From: Dehalococcoidia bacterium
Lineage (GTDB): Bacteria > Chloroflexota > Dehalococcoidia > Lucifugimonadales > UBA3495
DNA length: 64,000 bases
Assembly: GCA_965201145.1 (NCBI GenBank)
Contig: CBDAVT010000001.1
Span: 106 to 64,105 of the forward strand
Direction: 5' to 3'
Shown: in pieces, positions 1 to 9,332 of the stretch
Position numbering within the stretch: the first letter of the stretch is position 1
Layout of the letters: each line of letters begins with the position of its first letter
Position numbers and translations under genes: made by a program
The notes under the pieces: model-generated
What the model was told of the DNA's origin: nothing
Seen by the model: only the letters and a program-made list of their open reading frames with translations
Database searches by the model: none

Positions 1-2974
1 TCAACTTCAGGTACGCTTCCATCATCAGTATAAGTTTTCCGCATATAGAAGCTTTCGATGTAGAACGCATACTCGCTGTGCGGATCCAATTTCTCGATGG
101 TTTTCGAGGTTGCGTCGGCCTCGACCGACACAGTTTTCGCTCCCGGGCCGTAGTAGCGCTGGTTAAGAGTCAGATTCCAATAGGTAATCCGGTGTCCGAT
201 AAGCTGCATGTTCTTGCTGTAATCCGTTGCCTGCTCCGGCGCGGTCCAGGACAGGGTCATGGATGTAGTGGTAGTGCCGGATATGTGCAGCCCCCGGGTC
301 GGGCCGGCGAACTGGGGAACGCCGTCATCCCGGATTACGGCCCAATCGGAAAGGTCGGTGCGCTGGCCGTTCTTGTTCCGGAACAGTATGCGGTAACCCC
401 AGGTCACCGGCTCCAGGTAGGGAATCGTCAGATGATGGTAACCGACTTCCTCTGCGAGGGATTTCGCTCGGGAAGTTTCGCATCTCGCCCGGCCATGGGT
501 GTGGATGCTGCAAAGAACTTCAGAGCTGCCGGAACTGCCGATTATCGACGTCCCGATGTTATCGGCATAGATTGGCTGCGGCTGGGTGTCTTTCGCCGGG
601 ACTCCCCAACAGTCGATGTCTCCGCTTTCCTCCTCGATGCCGCAGGCCCAATGGCTGCCGGCATTAATTGCCGTGAGCTTTTCGTCCGGGGCCAGGTCAT
701 CGCTGCTGGCCTGATTATAGTTCCAGCAGATTGGCTTGTGGTCCTCTTTTTTGATGATGCAGCCGACTTACTCGCCAATGGAAACCTGCGACGCTTTATC
801 CGTTGGCAAAAGGCTGGCCCGCTCGGTGCCGGTGCCGTGATGCCAATAGTCTTCATCGCCCCCAGCAGGAAATTACGTCCTTTTTAGCGCCGCTGGCGGG
901 GATGCCGCAGGCGTAATGGGAGCCGACGGCGATTTTCCGCATAGTCACGTCCGGCGGGCCGGGGAGTTCGACGACCTTCGCCGCCGCGCCGCTGGTGTTT
1001 CCCCAGCAGTCGGGCTTGAGGTCGTTGGGGTTGGTGCTGTCGTCATGATGGATGATGATGCAGACCACGCTGTCGCCGGCGGAAATTTCCTTGGCCGGCT
1101 TGTCGGGAACGTCTTCGCGAACTTCAGTGTTCTTCGTCGTTGCGCCCCAGCAAGTCGGCTTGCGGTCCGAGTCCTTGATGGCGCAGGAGAAGCCATCCCC
1201 CACCTCAATGGCGGTAATGTCGTAATCCGGTGCGCCGGATACTTGTCCGTTGTCATCGGAGCCCCAGCAGATGGCCTTGCCGGCAGTGGGCAACGGGTTC
1301 GGCCGGGCTGCAGGATCGCCAGGATCCGCTACCCGGATGCCGCAGGCATGGGTAGCGCCGCTGTCAATATCGATGTAGTACCCGGTGTCCAGCCGGCCGG
1401 AGTCGGCGTGCAGTCCGGTGGTAACCTTGTCCGGCTTCAGCTCGTAATACCAGGTCCGGGCCTTATCCGTATTAGGATTGAAGCTCAGTTGGTCGAATTC
1501 ATCTTTGCAGTTGTTGGACCACCACGTTTGCTCGGCGCCGGCCAGGAACAGGGGGCAGGTATAGACCCATTCATAGAGCCTTTCTCCGCTGCGGCCACTA
1601 ATCTCTTTGTATCGGGTATCCCGGCTGGGATTAACCCAGGCCTCGGTGGCGTGGTCGTACCGGAGCCGTTCGATTTGCCAGTATTCATCGGCGACATAGC
1701 CGTCTTCGTCGACGCCATGCTCCCAGGATAGAGTGGTGTTCTTGGCTAATTCGGTTTGTCCATCGATTAGCTGCCAGGCATTCAGATTCGGAATCCGGTA
1801 GCCGGTATTGTTAATGGTCACGTCCCGCGAAACCCAGGTCTTGTCCGTGGACTGGGAGTTTTTGTTCTTCGCTCGGACGGAAATTCGATACTTGGTTTCG
1901 TGGGTAAGCCCGGATATCACCGACTCCATAGTGTCGTCATGGGGCGTACCCAACCAGACCTTCACCCAATAATTCTCGGTCCAGGTTTCCGTGGCGCCCT
2001 CGACATCCAGCGGGATGTACTTGATGTCCAGGTCCGTAATCGGGCTGCCGCCATCGCCTTGCTTGTTGGAGTAGTACTCATCGGAAGAAGGCATCTCGAT
2101 CATCAGCTCGACGGTTCCCGAATCAATCTGGAAGGCGTAGAAGGTTTCAATAGGCTGGGGGATGTCCACGAAGATGGACTGGATGTTGCTCCACCCTTTC
2201 CATTCGCCACCCATCTTGCCGCGTATTCGGAAGTAGTACTTGTCGCCCGTGCAGGGCTATCGCATATGAAAAAATTTCAGGCTCAGAACGGAACTTTCCG
2301 ATGTTTTGGCGGCGCTTTACTGGGTAATCAACATCAAAACCAACGGTTTAAGTCTTAAATTACCCAAATTTAGCAGTTAAAAACGGAGATTTACCCGTCA
2401 ATTGGCCTCTTAAATTCCATATGCGATAGCCCTGGTCGCCCGTGTTCAGACCCGACAAGGTCTCGTTGTAATAGATATAACCGTTTTCGTAATACCAGCG
2501 GTTAATCGATATCTTGGAGCCATCGACGGTGTTGGAGGCGAATTTGTTTCGATCCCACTGAATCTCATACTCCGTCGCCCGTAAACCCGGGCGCACCACG
2601 TGGGTCTGCCATTCTATTTTGGCCTTGCCTTCGCCCTGGGGGTAGGTGTGCAAAATCTTGTAGGGGGCCCATGTCGAGGCCGGGTCTTCGGTCGCTTCTA
2701 ACTCATCCTGAATGGACTGGGCCAGTTCCGGCGCGGCGGGGCGGTTCGTCGTCTCGATAGTCTCCAGGTTATTCTGTTGTTGATGCGCCAGCGCCGGGGC
2801 GCCGGCGGCAAGATTGACCAGCATGACTCCGACCATCAGGGCGACAATCAAACTGGCGGTCCACCAAAACATCTTTCCAGGAATCCGCTCAATACTCTTG
2901 GTCCGCATATTAGACGCTACCCCCTCCCTGACGGAAGGGGCCGTTGAGTGAGTTTCTAGAAGGGACTTGCCCAT
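1..2974 (-). pseudogene. Disrupted large secreted/surface protein with FN3 domains and RCC1-like repeats; runs off the window start
   Basis: N-terminal hydrophobic signal segment and FN3 (2360-2974). Removing the MITE restores ...LSGLNTGD-KYYFRIRGKMGGEW in frame with ORF 853-2214, which has RCC1-like IxxGxxxxCxI...CWG repeats. A frameshift in a G5 run (859-863) and an in-frame TAA (768-770) follow, then more RCC1 repeats and an FN3 (SMTLSWTAP...LDPHSEYAFY) open to base 1. Confidence 0.85.
2252..2434. mobile_element. 183-bp MITE, ISAs1-like ends
   Basis: Perfect 17-bp terminal inverted repeats CAGGGCTATCGCATATG (2252-2268 and 2418-2434), flanked by a 10-bp direct repeat GTCGCCCGTG (2242-2251 and 2435-2444). 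AT-rich interior with no transposase. Confidence 0.92.
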
Positions 2975-3868
2975 GGATTACTTAACTCCTTATAAGTAAA
3001 AAATTTGGTGACCCTTGACCGGGTTTTTAAGCTGAGGCCGGCTGTCCTCACATCGGGCGCCAGACTTGTGCCAGAACCAGGGGATCGCTTGGGCCGCAAG
3101 GCCGGCGATCCTCCGGTCCTCCCGTCAAGAATACGGAGGGATTCGGACTTTGGATTTATTGGAGTTGAACCTTTTGCAGGGCAGGCGTCGGTGGAATTCG
3201 GCAGCACAATGACGCAAGAGCATACGAAGCGCAGGCTGCCAGCGTGGAGCTAATTGGGCTTTAGTACCGACCGGGCACTACTTGTGTGATCAGGACAAGG
3301 GGTGTGGTTGAGGTCTTGAGCGTGATAGCTTTAAGCTTTATTTTGTCCGACTTGGTGGCCGCGCTGGACTTCAGCGCCCACCAACTATGCAAACTGCTGC
3401 AATTGGAATATTTCCGATCCTATCTCCGCTCGTGACGTTTGTGAGAAGTGTGGTGCCAACGGTTGGGGACTTTATCACAGACAATTTTACGAAGTCAATA
3501 GGTAAAAGGGACTAATTTCGTAAATCAAAAAGATTCGTAAAATCGGCGCAAAGACCAAGTTCGTCCATCGGTTTAGCGTCAGGCCCGACAGCTTCCACCG
3601 ACCTCGCCGGCTGCCGTAATGGGGCAATTAACGTTTGACGTTAGGGGTAAAGTCAATGGGGGAACCGCCGGCAGGAGGCTTGCCGCCCCAAAAGGCCGGC
3701 TACTCTGCCGGGAGCTTTCAACGCCCAGTCCGGGCGTAACCGGGAAGTCACCCGGCGTTCGGCGCCACCGGGAAGGGAGCGGGGCAGCAGATGATTTGCG
3801 GAATTAACGGAATCGTAAACCGGGCCGGGAGTTATTCCGGAAAGGCGATTAAAGAATGAGGACGATTC

Positions 3869-4669
3869 TCACTCTTCGTGGATTTTGACCCCTTCGGAAT
3901 CAAACTGTCTGGGCCGAATGTCAAAGACGGCTACCCCTTGAGTTTCGGCATGGCTGCGGAGCTGCGGATGCGGTCGAGGCGTGGCGACGACGGGAAATAC
4001 CTGGTGTCCCGTAATTTTCGCCAGGATTGCGGCCCTTTCTATGGCTCGGGTCAGGTCATGCTGGCTGGCGGACAGAGACGCTTCGATTACCGTGTGGCGC
4101 TCGTTGCTCCCGGTCATTATTACATCGGCATCGGTAAGCTCGTCGTATTCCTCGCTGGTAATTTTTCCTTCCCTTTCGGCCTCTTGCAGCATTTGCAGAA
4201 AGAAGGGCTGTCCATTGAATTGGGTATAGGCGGCGATGGGGTTCCGAATCTGAAGCTGTTGGATACAACGATTAATCGCCGCCATAGGAATCCGCTGTTC
4301 GTATTCGCTGCCGTCAATGTTTCCCAGCCGGCCTTCGATTCGGTTTAGCCGGACGTCGATGCGGTCCACCCGGGTCTCCATCCGGGCCTGCCCGGCTTTC
4401 AGGTCCGTTACGTCAGACTTTAGCTGGCCCACGTCAGCTTCCAGTCGGGCTTGGCCGGCTTCGAGGTTCTCAAATCGCTTTTGGTATGCTTCCAACTGGG
4501 CCTGAGTCGCCTCGACGAAATTTGCAACCACCGCGGCGAGGTGATTCAACTTTTCCGGCAGTTCCAACACTTCTCGGGGCAGTACGTGCCAGCGCAGCTG
4601 CTCTAACAGCTCCGGGTTTTGAGCGAGGGCTTCCAGGATGTCTTGAAAGGTATTGATGGGTGTGGTCAT
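3869..4669 (-). CDS. Heptad-repeat coiled-coil protein with C-terminal PD-(D/E)XK-like domain
   Basis: 7-aa repeats (LEAGQAR/LEADVGQ/LKSDVTD/LKAGQAR/METRVDR) followed by DADV...IEAS...RAIERA. Confidence 0.7.
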   Translation of the reverse strand: MTTPINTFQDILEALAQNPELLEQLRWHVLPREVLELPEKLNHLAAVVANFVEATQAQLEAYQKRFENLEAGQARLEADVGQLKSDVTDLKAGQARMETRVDRIDVRLNRIEGRLGNIDGSEYEQRIPMAAINRCIQQLQIRNPIAAYTQFNGQPFFLQMLQEAEREGKITSEEYDELTDADVIMTGSNERHTVIEASLSASQHDLTRAIERAAILAKITGHQVFPVVATPRPHPQLRSHAETQGVAVFDIRPRQFDSEGVKIHEE

Positions 4670-5189
4670 TGTTTGCCTTTTTTCTTGCTTTTGATTGGTT
4701 ATTGATTATAGCACTGTCGCTGCGGTTTCGTGAGTCCCGGGAAGAGCAAAACTGCATCCTTCCACTTGAAGCGCTTCCCTCACCCCCGACTTTTCTCCAT
4801 CGGGAAGAGAAGGGGAGTCCGGTCTTGGCAGGTAACGATTACGCGGTCGAGGTTATCGATAGGAGTTATCCATGGGTGGGGAGTAAGTTTGCCAGGCCTT
4901 TATTCTATGATTGGTAAGGGGTGTATCCGGTGGTTCTCCGAATCATCTCCATTATCTCCCTGACGGCTTCGGGTACTTCCCGGTGTATTCTAGGCTGGTC
5001 CAGGGGCGAAGGTTCGTGGGCGTAGATTACGGTCCCGCTGAACTCGGTCAGGTATAAATGTTCTGCTCCGGGCGTCGGCTCTTCCGGCTCCATTTGCAGC
5101 TCCCGGCGAATCAGCCTGGCTATCAGGTATCGGATAAGTCCCCTGTGCTAGAATACCGGTGTTAGCGCTACACTAAAAACCAGCCGGAG

Positions 5190-7790
5190 ATGCCGGATGT
5201 GATTCCGCTGAAGCTTGGCATTAGAAACTTCCTTTCCTATCGGGAGAATGTTCCAACGCTGGACCTAACCGGGGTGCACGTCGCCTGTCTTTGCGGCGAC
5301 AACGGGCACGGCAAGTCTGCGCTGCTGGACGCCATTAGCTGGTGCCTGTGGGGGCAAGCGCGCGGGAAGACCCATGACGACCTGATTTCTTATGGGGCCG
5401 ATGAAGCTCGGGTGGAGTTGGAATTTCTGGCGCGTAACAGCCGCTTCCGGGCCATTCGCAGTCGCCGCCGGGCTGGGGGCCGCCGCCGTCAGGGAGCCAG
5501 CGACTTGCAACTCCAGGCTTTGGGGGAGGCCGGCTCCGTCAGTCAGATAATAACCGGCAACTCGGTACGGGAAACCCAGGGAAAAATCGAACTCCTGGTA
5601 GGAATGGACTACGACACCTTCATCAATTCAGCCTTTCTGCTCCAGGGACGGGCCGATGAGTTCACCAACAAGACGCCGGCCGACCGCAAGGCGGTGCTTT
5701 CGGCAATCCTCGGCCTGGCCGCCTATGACCGATTTCAGACCCGGGCCCGAGAAAGAGCCGGAGAAATGCGCAGCGAGGTTGACCTACAGGCTGGCACCCT
5801 GCAGCGCATTGAGGAAGACATCAACAATATCGGAGACCCGGCGGCCGAGCTGACCGCCGTCAATCGAAAGTTGGCTGAGGTGGAAAGCCAATGGGAGCAG
5901 CAGCGGAAAGCCGTTGAAGAGCTGCGAGAAAAAGTAAGCCACCACCGGCGCATCGAGTCCCAACTGACCCAACAGCGGGCTCAAATCGAGGGGAACCAAC
6001 AGGAGCTTAACCGAATCGAGGCCGACATCCGGGCAACTCAAGCCCAAATCGACCAGCTCCAAAATCTCCTCGCTAAATCCGAAGAAATCGAAAAAGGTCT
6101 CGCTGAGTTGGAACGAGCCCGACGGCAGTTCGCCGACCTGGAAGCGGCCCGCCAGCAATACAATGCCCGGCGGGAAGAGATTAGCGAGGCGACCCGCAGC
6201 ATTGAGGTGGAAAAGGCTCGGCTTGACTCGGAAGTAAAGCAGTTGGGCCACAAAGTCCGAACTGAGTTGACACCCCGGGCCGAATCAAGCCCGACCATTT
6301 TGGCCGAATTGGAAGAAACGCGGCAAAAGATAGCCGAGCTGACCGGAAAGGAAAAAGGGATAGCGGCTGACCGCAGCCGACTCCAGACTCTGGCCGAACT
6401 GGTCGGCGAAGCCCAGTCAGTTGCTATCCGCTGCGAGGAGGAGGGGAAGCAAATCAAGGAAAAGCTGGACTTGCTCCACGGCGCTGCCTCCCACACCGCG
6501 TTATGTCCTCTCTGCCAAACTCCACTGAGCGAGGACGGACACCGCCGGCTGTCAGCAGCCTACCAGGAGGAAATTCAGGAGAAACGGGCGCTTTACCGCA
6601 ATAATCGGGACTACCTGAAAAACCTGGAAAGGGAAAAGGGTGAACTGGAAAAGGAACTGCCCCGGCAAGAACAAGCGCTAACTCGCGCGGCTAACGAGCT
6701 AAAGGCGCATGCGATTAGGCTGGAAGAGCATTTGCGGACTTCCGAATCGGCAAGGGTCGAACTGGAGCAAGTTGAAGGTCAACGGCAAGTCCTGGTGGTT
6801 AAACTGCAAAGCGGCAGTTTTGCCGAGCCGGCCCAAGCCAAGCTAGCCGCCGCCGAAAGGGGGTTGGCCGATCTGGCCTACGACGAGGCAGCCTTTCAGG
6901 AGACCGTCCAGAGCATCCGGGAATTTGAGCCTTATAATCAGCTGAAAGCCCGGCTGGACCAGGCCGCAATCCAGTTGCCCCGGGACCAGCAGTCCATCTC
7001 ACAGAACCGGGAAACGCTGGCAAGACGGCAGGAAGAGTTGGAAATTCTGCAAAGTCAGGTCCGGGAAGCGGAAACCACTCTGGCCGAGCTGCCTGGACTG
7101 GAAGCGCGATTGAGTGAAGCGTCGGCAGCCCTTTCCTTGCTGGAGCAGGACCGACAGGACCTGCTGGCCCGGCGAGGCTTTATCGAGGGCGAGGTTAATC
7201 GTCTAGGCAGCTTGCGCACGGAAGCGGCAGAACGCCGGGCCCGGCTATCGGCAACCCGGGAAGACCAGAGCATATATCAGGAATTGGCGAACGCTTTTGG
7301 CCGCCAGGGGATTCAGGCCATGCTCATCGAAACGGTAGTTCCCCGGCTGGAAGAAGAAGCCAATCAGCTGCTGGGCCGCATGACCGACAGCCGGATGCAC
7401 GTCAAGCTGGAGACCCAGCGCGAGCGCCGTTCCGGCTCCGGGGAGCCGATCGAGACCCTGGAGATAAATGTCAGCGACGAAATGGGCGCCCGCAGTTACG
7501 AGATGTACAGCGGCGGTGAAGCTTTCCGGGTTAACCTGGCGCTGCGCATCGCCCTGTCCCGGGTGCTGTCCCAGCGCACGGGAGCGCCGCTGCCGACCCT
7601 GTTCATCGACGAAGGCTTCGGCACCCAGGACGCTTCGGGACGGGAGCGCATCCTGGACGTAATCAGCGCCATTGAGAACGACTTTGACAAGATAATTGTC
7701 ATCACCCACCTGGATGACTTGAAGGATATGTTCCCGGTTCGCATCGAAGTACGGAAGGAAGCCAGCGGCTCCACCTTCTGGTTGAGTTGA
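5190..7790 (+). CDS. sbcC: SbcC/Rad50 SMC-family ATPase
   Basis: Walker A GDNGHGKS, Q-loop LLQG, coiled coil with CPLC zinc hook, signature YSGGE, Walker B FIDEGFG, ITH motif. Confidence 0.92.
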   Translation: MPDVIPLKLGIRNFLSYRENVPTLDLTGVHVACLCGDNGHGKSALLDAISWCLWGQARGKTHDDLISYGADEARVELEFLARNSRFRAIRSRRRAGGRRRQGASDLQLQALGEAGSVSQIITGNSVRETQGKIELLVGMDYDTFINSAFLLQGRADEFTNKTPADRKAVLSAILGLAAYDRFQTRARERAGEMRSEVDLQAGTLQRIEEDINNIGDPAAELTAVNRKLAEVESQWEQQRKAVEELREKVSHHRRIESQLTQQRAQIEGNQQELNRIEADIRATQAQIDQLQNLLAKSEEIEKGLAELERARRQFADLEAARQQYNARREEISEATRSIEVEKARLDSEVKQLGHKVRTELTPRAESSPTILAELEETRQKIAELTGKEKGIAADRSRLQTLAELVGEAQSVAIRCEEEGKQIKEKLDLLHGAASHTALCPLCQTPLSEDGHRRLSAAYQEEIQEKRALYRNNRDYLKNLEREKGELEKELPRQEQALTRAANELKAHAIRLEEHLRTSESARVELEQVEGQRQVLVVKLQSGSFAEPAQAKLAAAERGLADLAYDEAAFQETVQSIREFEPYNQLKARLDQAAIQLPRDQQSISQNRETLARRQEELEILQSQVREAETTLAELPGLEARLSEASAALSLLEQDRQDLLARRGFIEGEVNRLGSLRTEAAERRARLSATREDQSIYQELANAFGRQGIQAMLIETVVPRLEEEANQLLGRMTDSRMHVKLETQRERRSGSGEPIETLEINVSDEMGARSYEMYSGGEAFRVNLALRIALSRVLSQRTGAPLPTLFIDEGFGTQDASGRERILDVISAIENDFDKIIVITHLDDLKDMFPVRIEVRKEASGSTFWLS

Positions 7791-7824
7791 CTGGGCCGGG
7801 CTGAATTACAACAATGGGGGAGTT

Positions 7825-8247
7825 ATGCTGGACGATAATCTCAAGAGATTTGTGGCCGAAAACCGGCGGGGGGTGCTGACTACCTTCCGGCGAGATGGCT
7901 CGGCTCAGATGAGCATCATCACCTGCGGCCCGCTGCAGGACGGAGTGGCCTTCACCACCACCGAAGACCGGGCCAAACTGAAGAATCTGCGCCGCAATTC
8001 CCGGTGTTCCTTAATGGTGGCCCGGGAAAACTGGGCGGCCTATATCGTGCTGCAGGGTTCCGCGCGGCTGCTTTCGGCCGCCAATACCGACGCCGAGGAA
8101 CTGCGGCTAACTCTGCGGGATGTTTACCGCACTGCAGCCGCAACCGAACATCCTGACTGGGATGAGTACGATCAGGCCATGGCGGCGCAGGGAAGGTCGG
8201 CGATAATCGTTGTGCCGGAACACATCTACGGCGGCAACGTTTCCTGA
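7825..8247 (+). CDS. PPOX-class (pyridoxamine 5'-phosphate oxidase-like) probable F420-dependent oxidoreductase
   Basis: GVLTTFRRDGS...KLKNLRRNSRCSL, typical of the split-barrel F420 enzymes. Confidence 0.8.
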   Translation: MLDDNLKRFVAENRRGVLTTFRRDGSAQMSIITCGPLQDGVAFTTTEDRAKLKNLRRNSRCSLMVARENWAAYIVLQGSARLLSAANTDAEELRLTLRDVYRTAAATEHPDWDEYDQAMAAQGRSAIIVVPEHIYGGNVS

Positions 8248-8343
8248 TTTTTCCGGCGGCGCGCCTTCGGACAAACCGCTTGGGATAGCGGGGAAGACCC
8301 CAGGACTCCGCTCGGGTCCGCCGCTCCGGAGCGGGTATAACTA

Positions 8344-8553
8344 CTAGCTGACCGGCCGGCGCGGCAACGCTGCCAGCAGTCTTTCGGAAGCGGCGGCAAT
8401 CTCGGCTACCGCCAGTTCGAAAGCCTCCCGGTTTACCCGGGACGGGACCCGGTAGCCGCTGATTTTCCGGACATACTGAAGCGCCGCGGCGTTGATGTCT
8501 TCCGCTGCGACCGGATCGGGCTGAGTGCGCAAATTCTTGATGCTTCGACACAT
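8344..8553 (-). CDS. DUF2277-family small protein
   Basis: MCRSIKNLR...AAALQYVRKISGY...NREAF, matching the family pattern as I recall it; ATG at 8553. Confidence 0.8.
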   Translation of the reverse strand: MCRSIKNLRTQPDPVAAEDINAAALQYVRKISGYRVPSRVNREAFELAVAEIAAASERLLAALPRRPVS

Positions 8554-8595
8554 CCAGGGGCTATCTCCCGTTATCGGCAAAACCGCCGGGCGGAT

Positions 8596-9216
8596 TCACT
8601 CGGGCCACTTCCACTGGAAAGCGGCATAGTGACCGTTCTTGCCGGAGTTGTCCCAGACCATTCCGTGGTCAGTGTAGGTGCTGTTAGTACCTTCCGCCAG
8701 GGCTAACGAAGAACTGACCGGGTGTCCGGTGTTTTCCAGCCGCATGGCTTCGGCGCGACGCCCAACAACCAGCCCCTGGACGTTGAAGTCGATGATGCCG
8801 GGAATCTGTATGCTGCGCCGGTGGCCTTCGGCAGTGTAGGTTATCGAACAGTATTTGATGCCCAGGTAGTTGGTCGTCAGCCGCATCCACCGTTCGGAAG
8901 GGCCGCCGATTTCACCGGACAGAATTCGGCTCAGGGCCGCCCGCTGAAAATGGTCGGCCCGGTCGTCAATATAATTAGCCAGAGTCCAGTCGCCTTCGCC
9001 CATATTGCCCGGGGTATAGGCCACGACCAAAAAGTTCAAGTCATCCAGCGCAACACCTTTGTAGTCACCTTCCTGAATGTGAAAGGCGAAGGCTACATCG
9101 CAGTGCCCTTCGGTGGGTACTGCCGGGCCGCCCCGGACGATGCAGGGACAGAGGATTTCGCAATTACAGTTCTCAAAATAGTCTCCCCGGAGGGACCAGC
9201 GTTCTTCCCCGGTCAT
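8596..9216 (-). CDS. DUF1326-family cysteine-rich putative metal-binding protein
   Basis: WSLRGDYFENCNCEILCPC...PTEGHC; YIDDRA...QRAAL. Confidence 0.82.
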   Translation of the reverse strand: MTGEERWSLRGDYFENCNCEILCPCIVRGGPAVPTEGHCDVAFAFHIQEGDYKGVALDDLNFLVVAYTPGNMGEGDWTLANYIDDRADHFQRAALSRILSGEIGGPSERWMRLTTNYLGIKYCSITYTAEGHRRSIQIPGIIDFNVQGLVVGRRAEAMRLENTGHPVSSSLALAEGTNSTYTDHGMVWDNSGKNGHYAAFQWKWPE

Positions 9217-9332
9217 CTTTACTCACCCCCCTCAAGCAGCTTGGCTCAAGAAACTCACCCCTGCTACCTTTATGGGCGCAGGGGTGGTGTTCTGTGGTGC
9301 AGCCGGCCGAACCCGGCTGTTGCCGGGCCGAC

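Noticed and set aside
768-770. In-frame stop as selenocysteine or pyrrolysine recoding
   Set aside because: The codon is TAA, and the gene has two other lesions.
859-863. G5 run as a phase-variation switch
   Set aside because: Too short for high-frequency slippage, and the gene is already broken upstream.
78-1731. Plus-strand ORFs of 269 and 271 aa
   Set aside because: Antisense shadows of the FN3/RCC1 gene.
4800-5150. Short minus-strand ORF (62 aa) and neighbouring frames
   Set aside because: May be a gene remnant, but I cannot assign a family.
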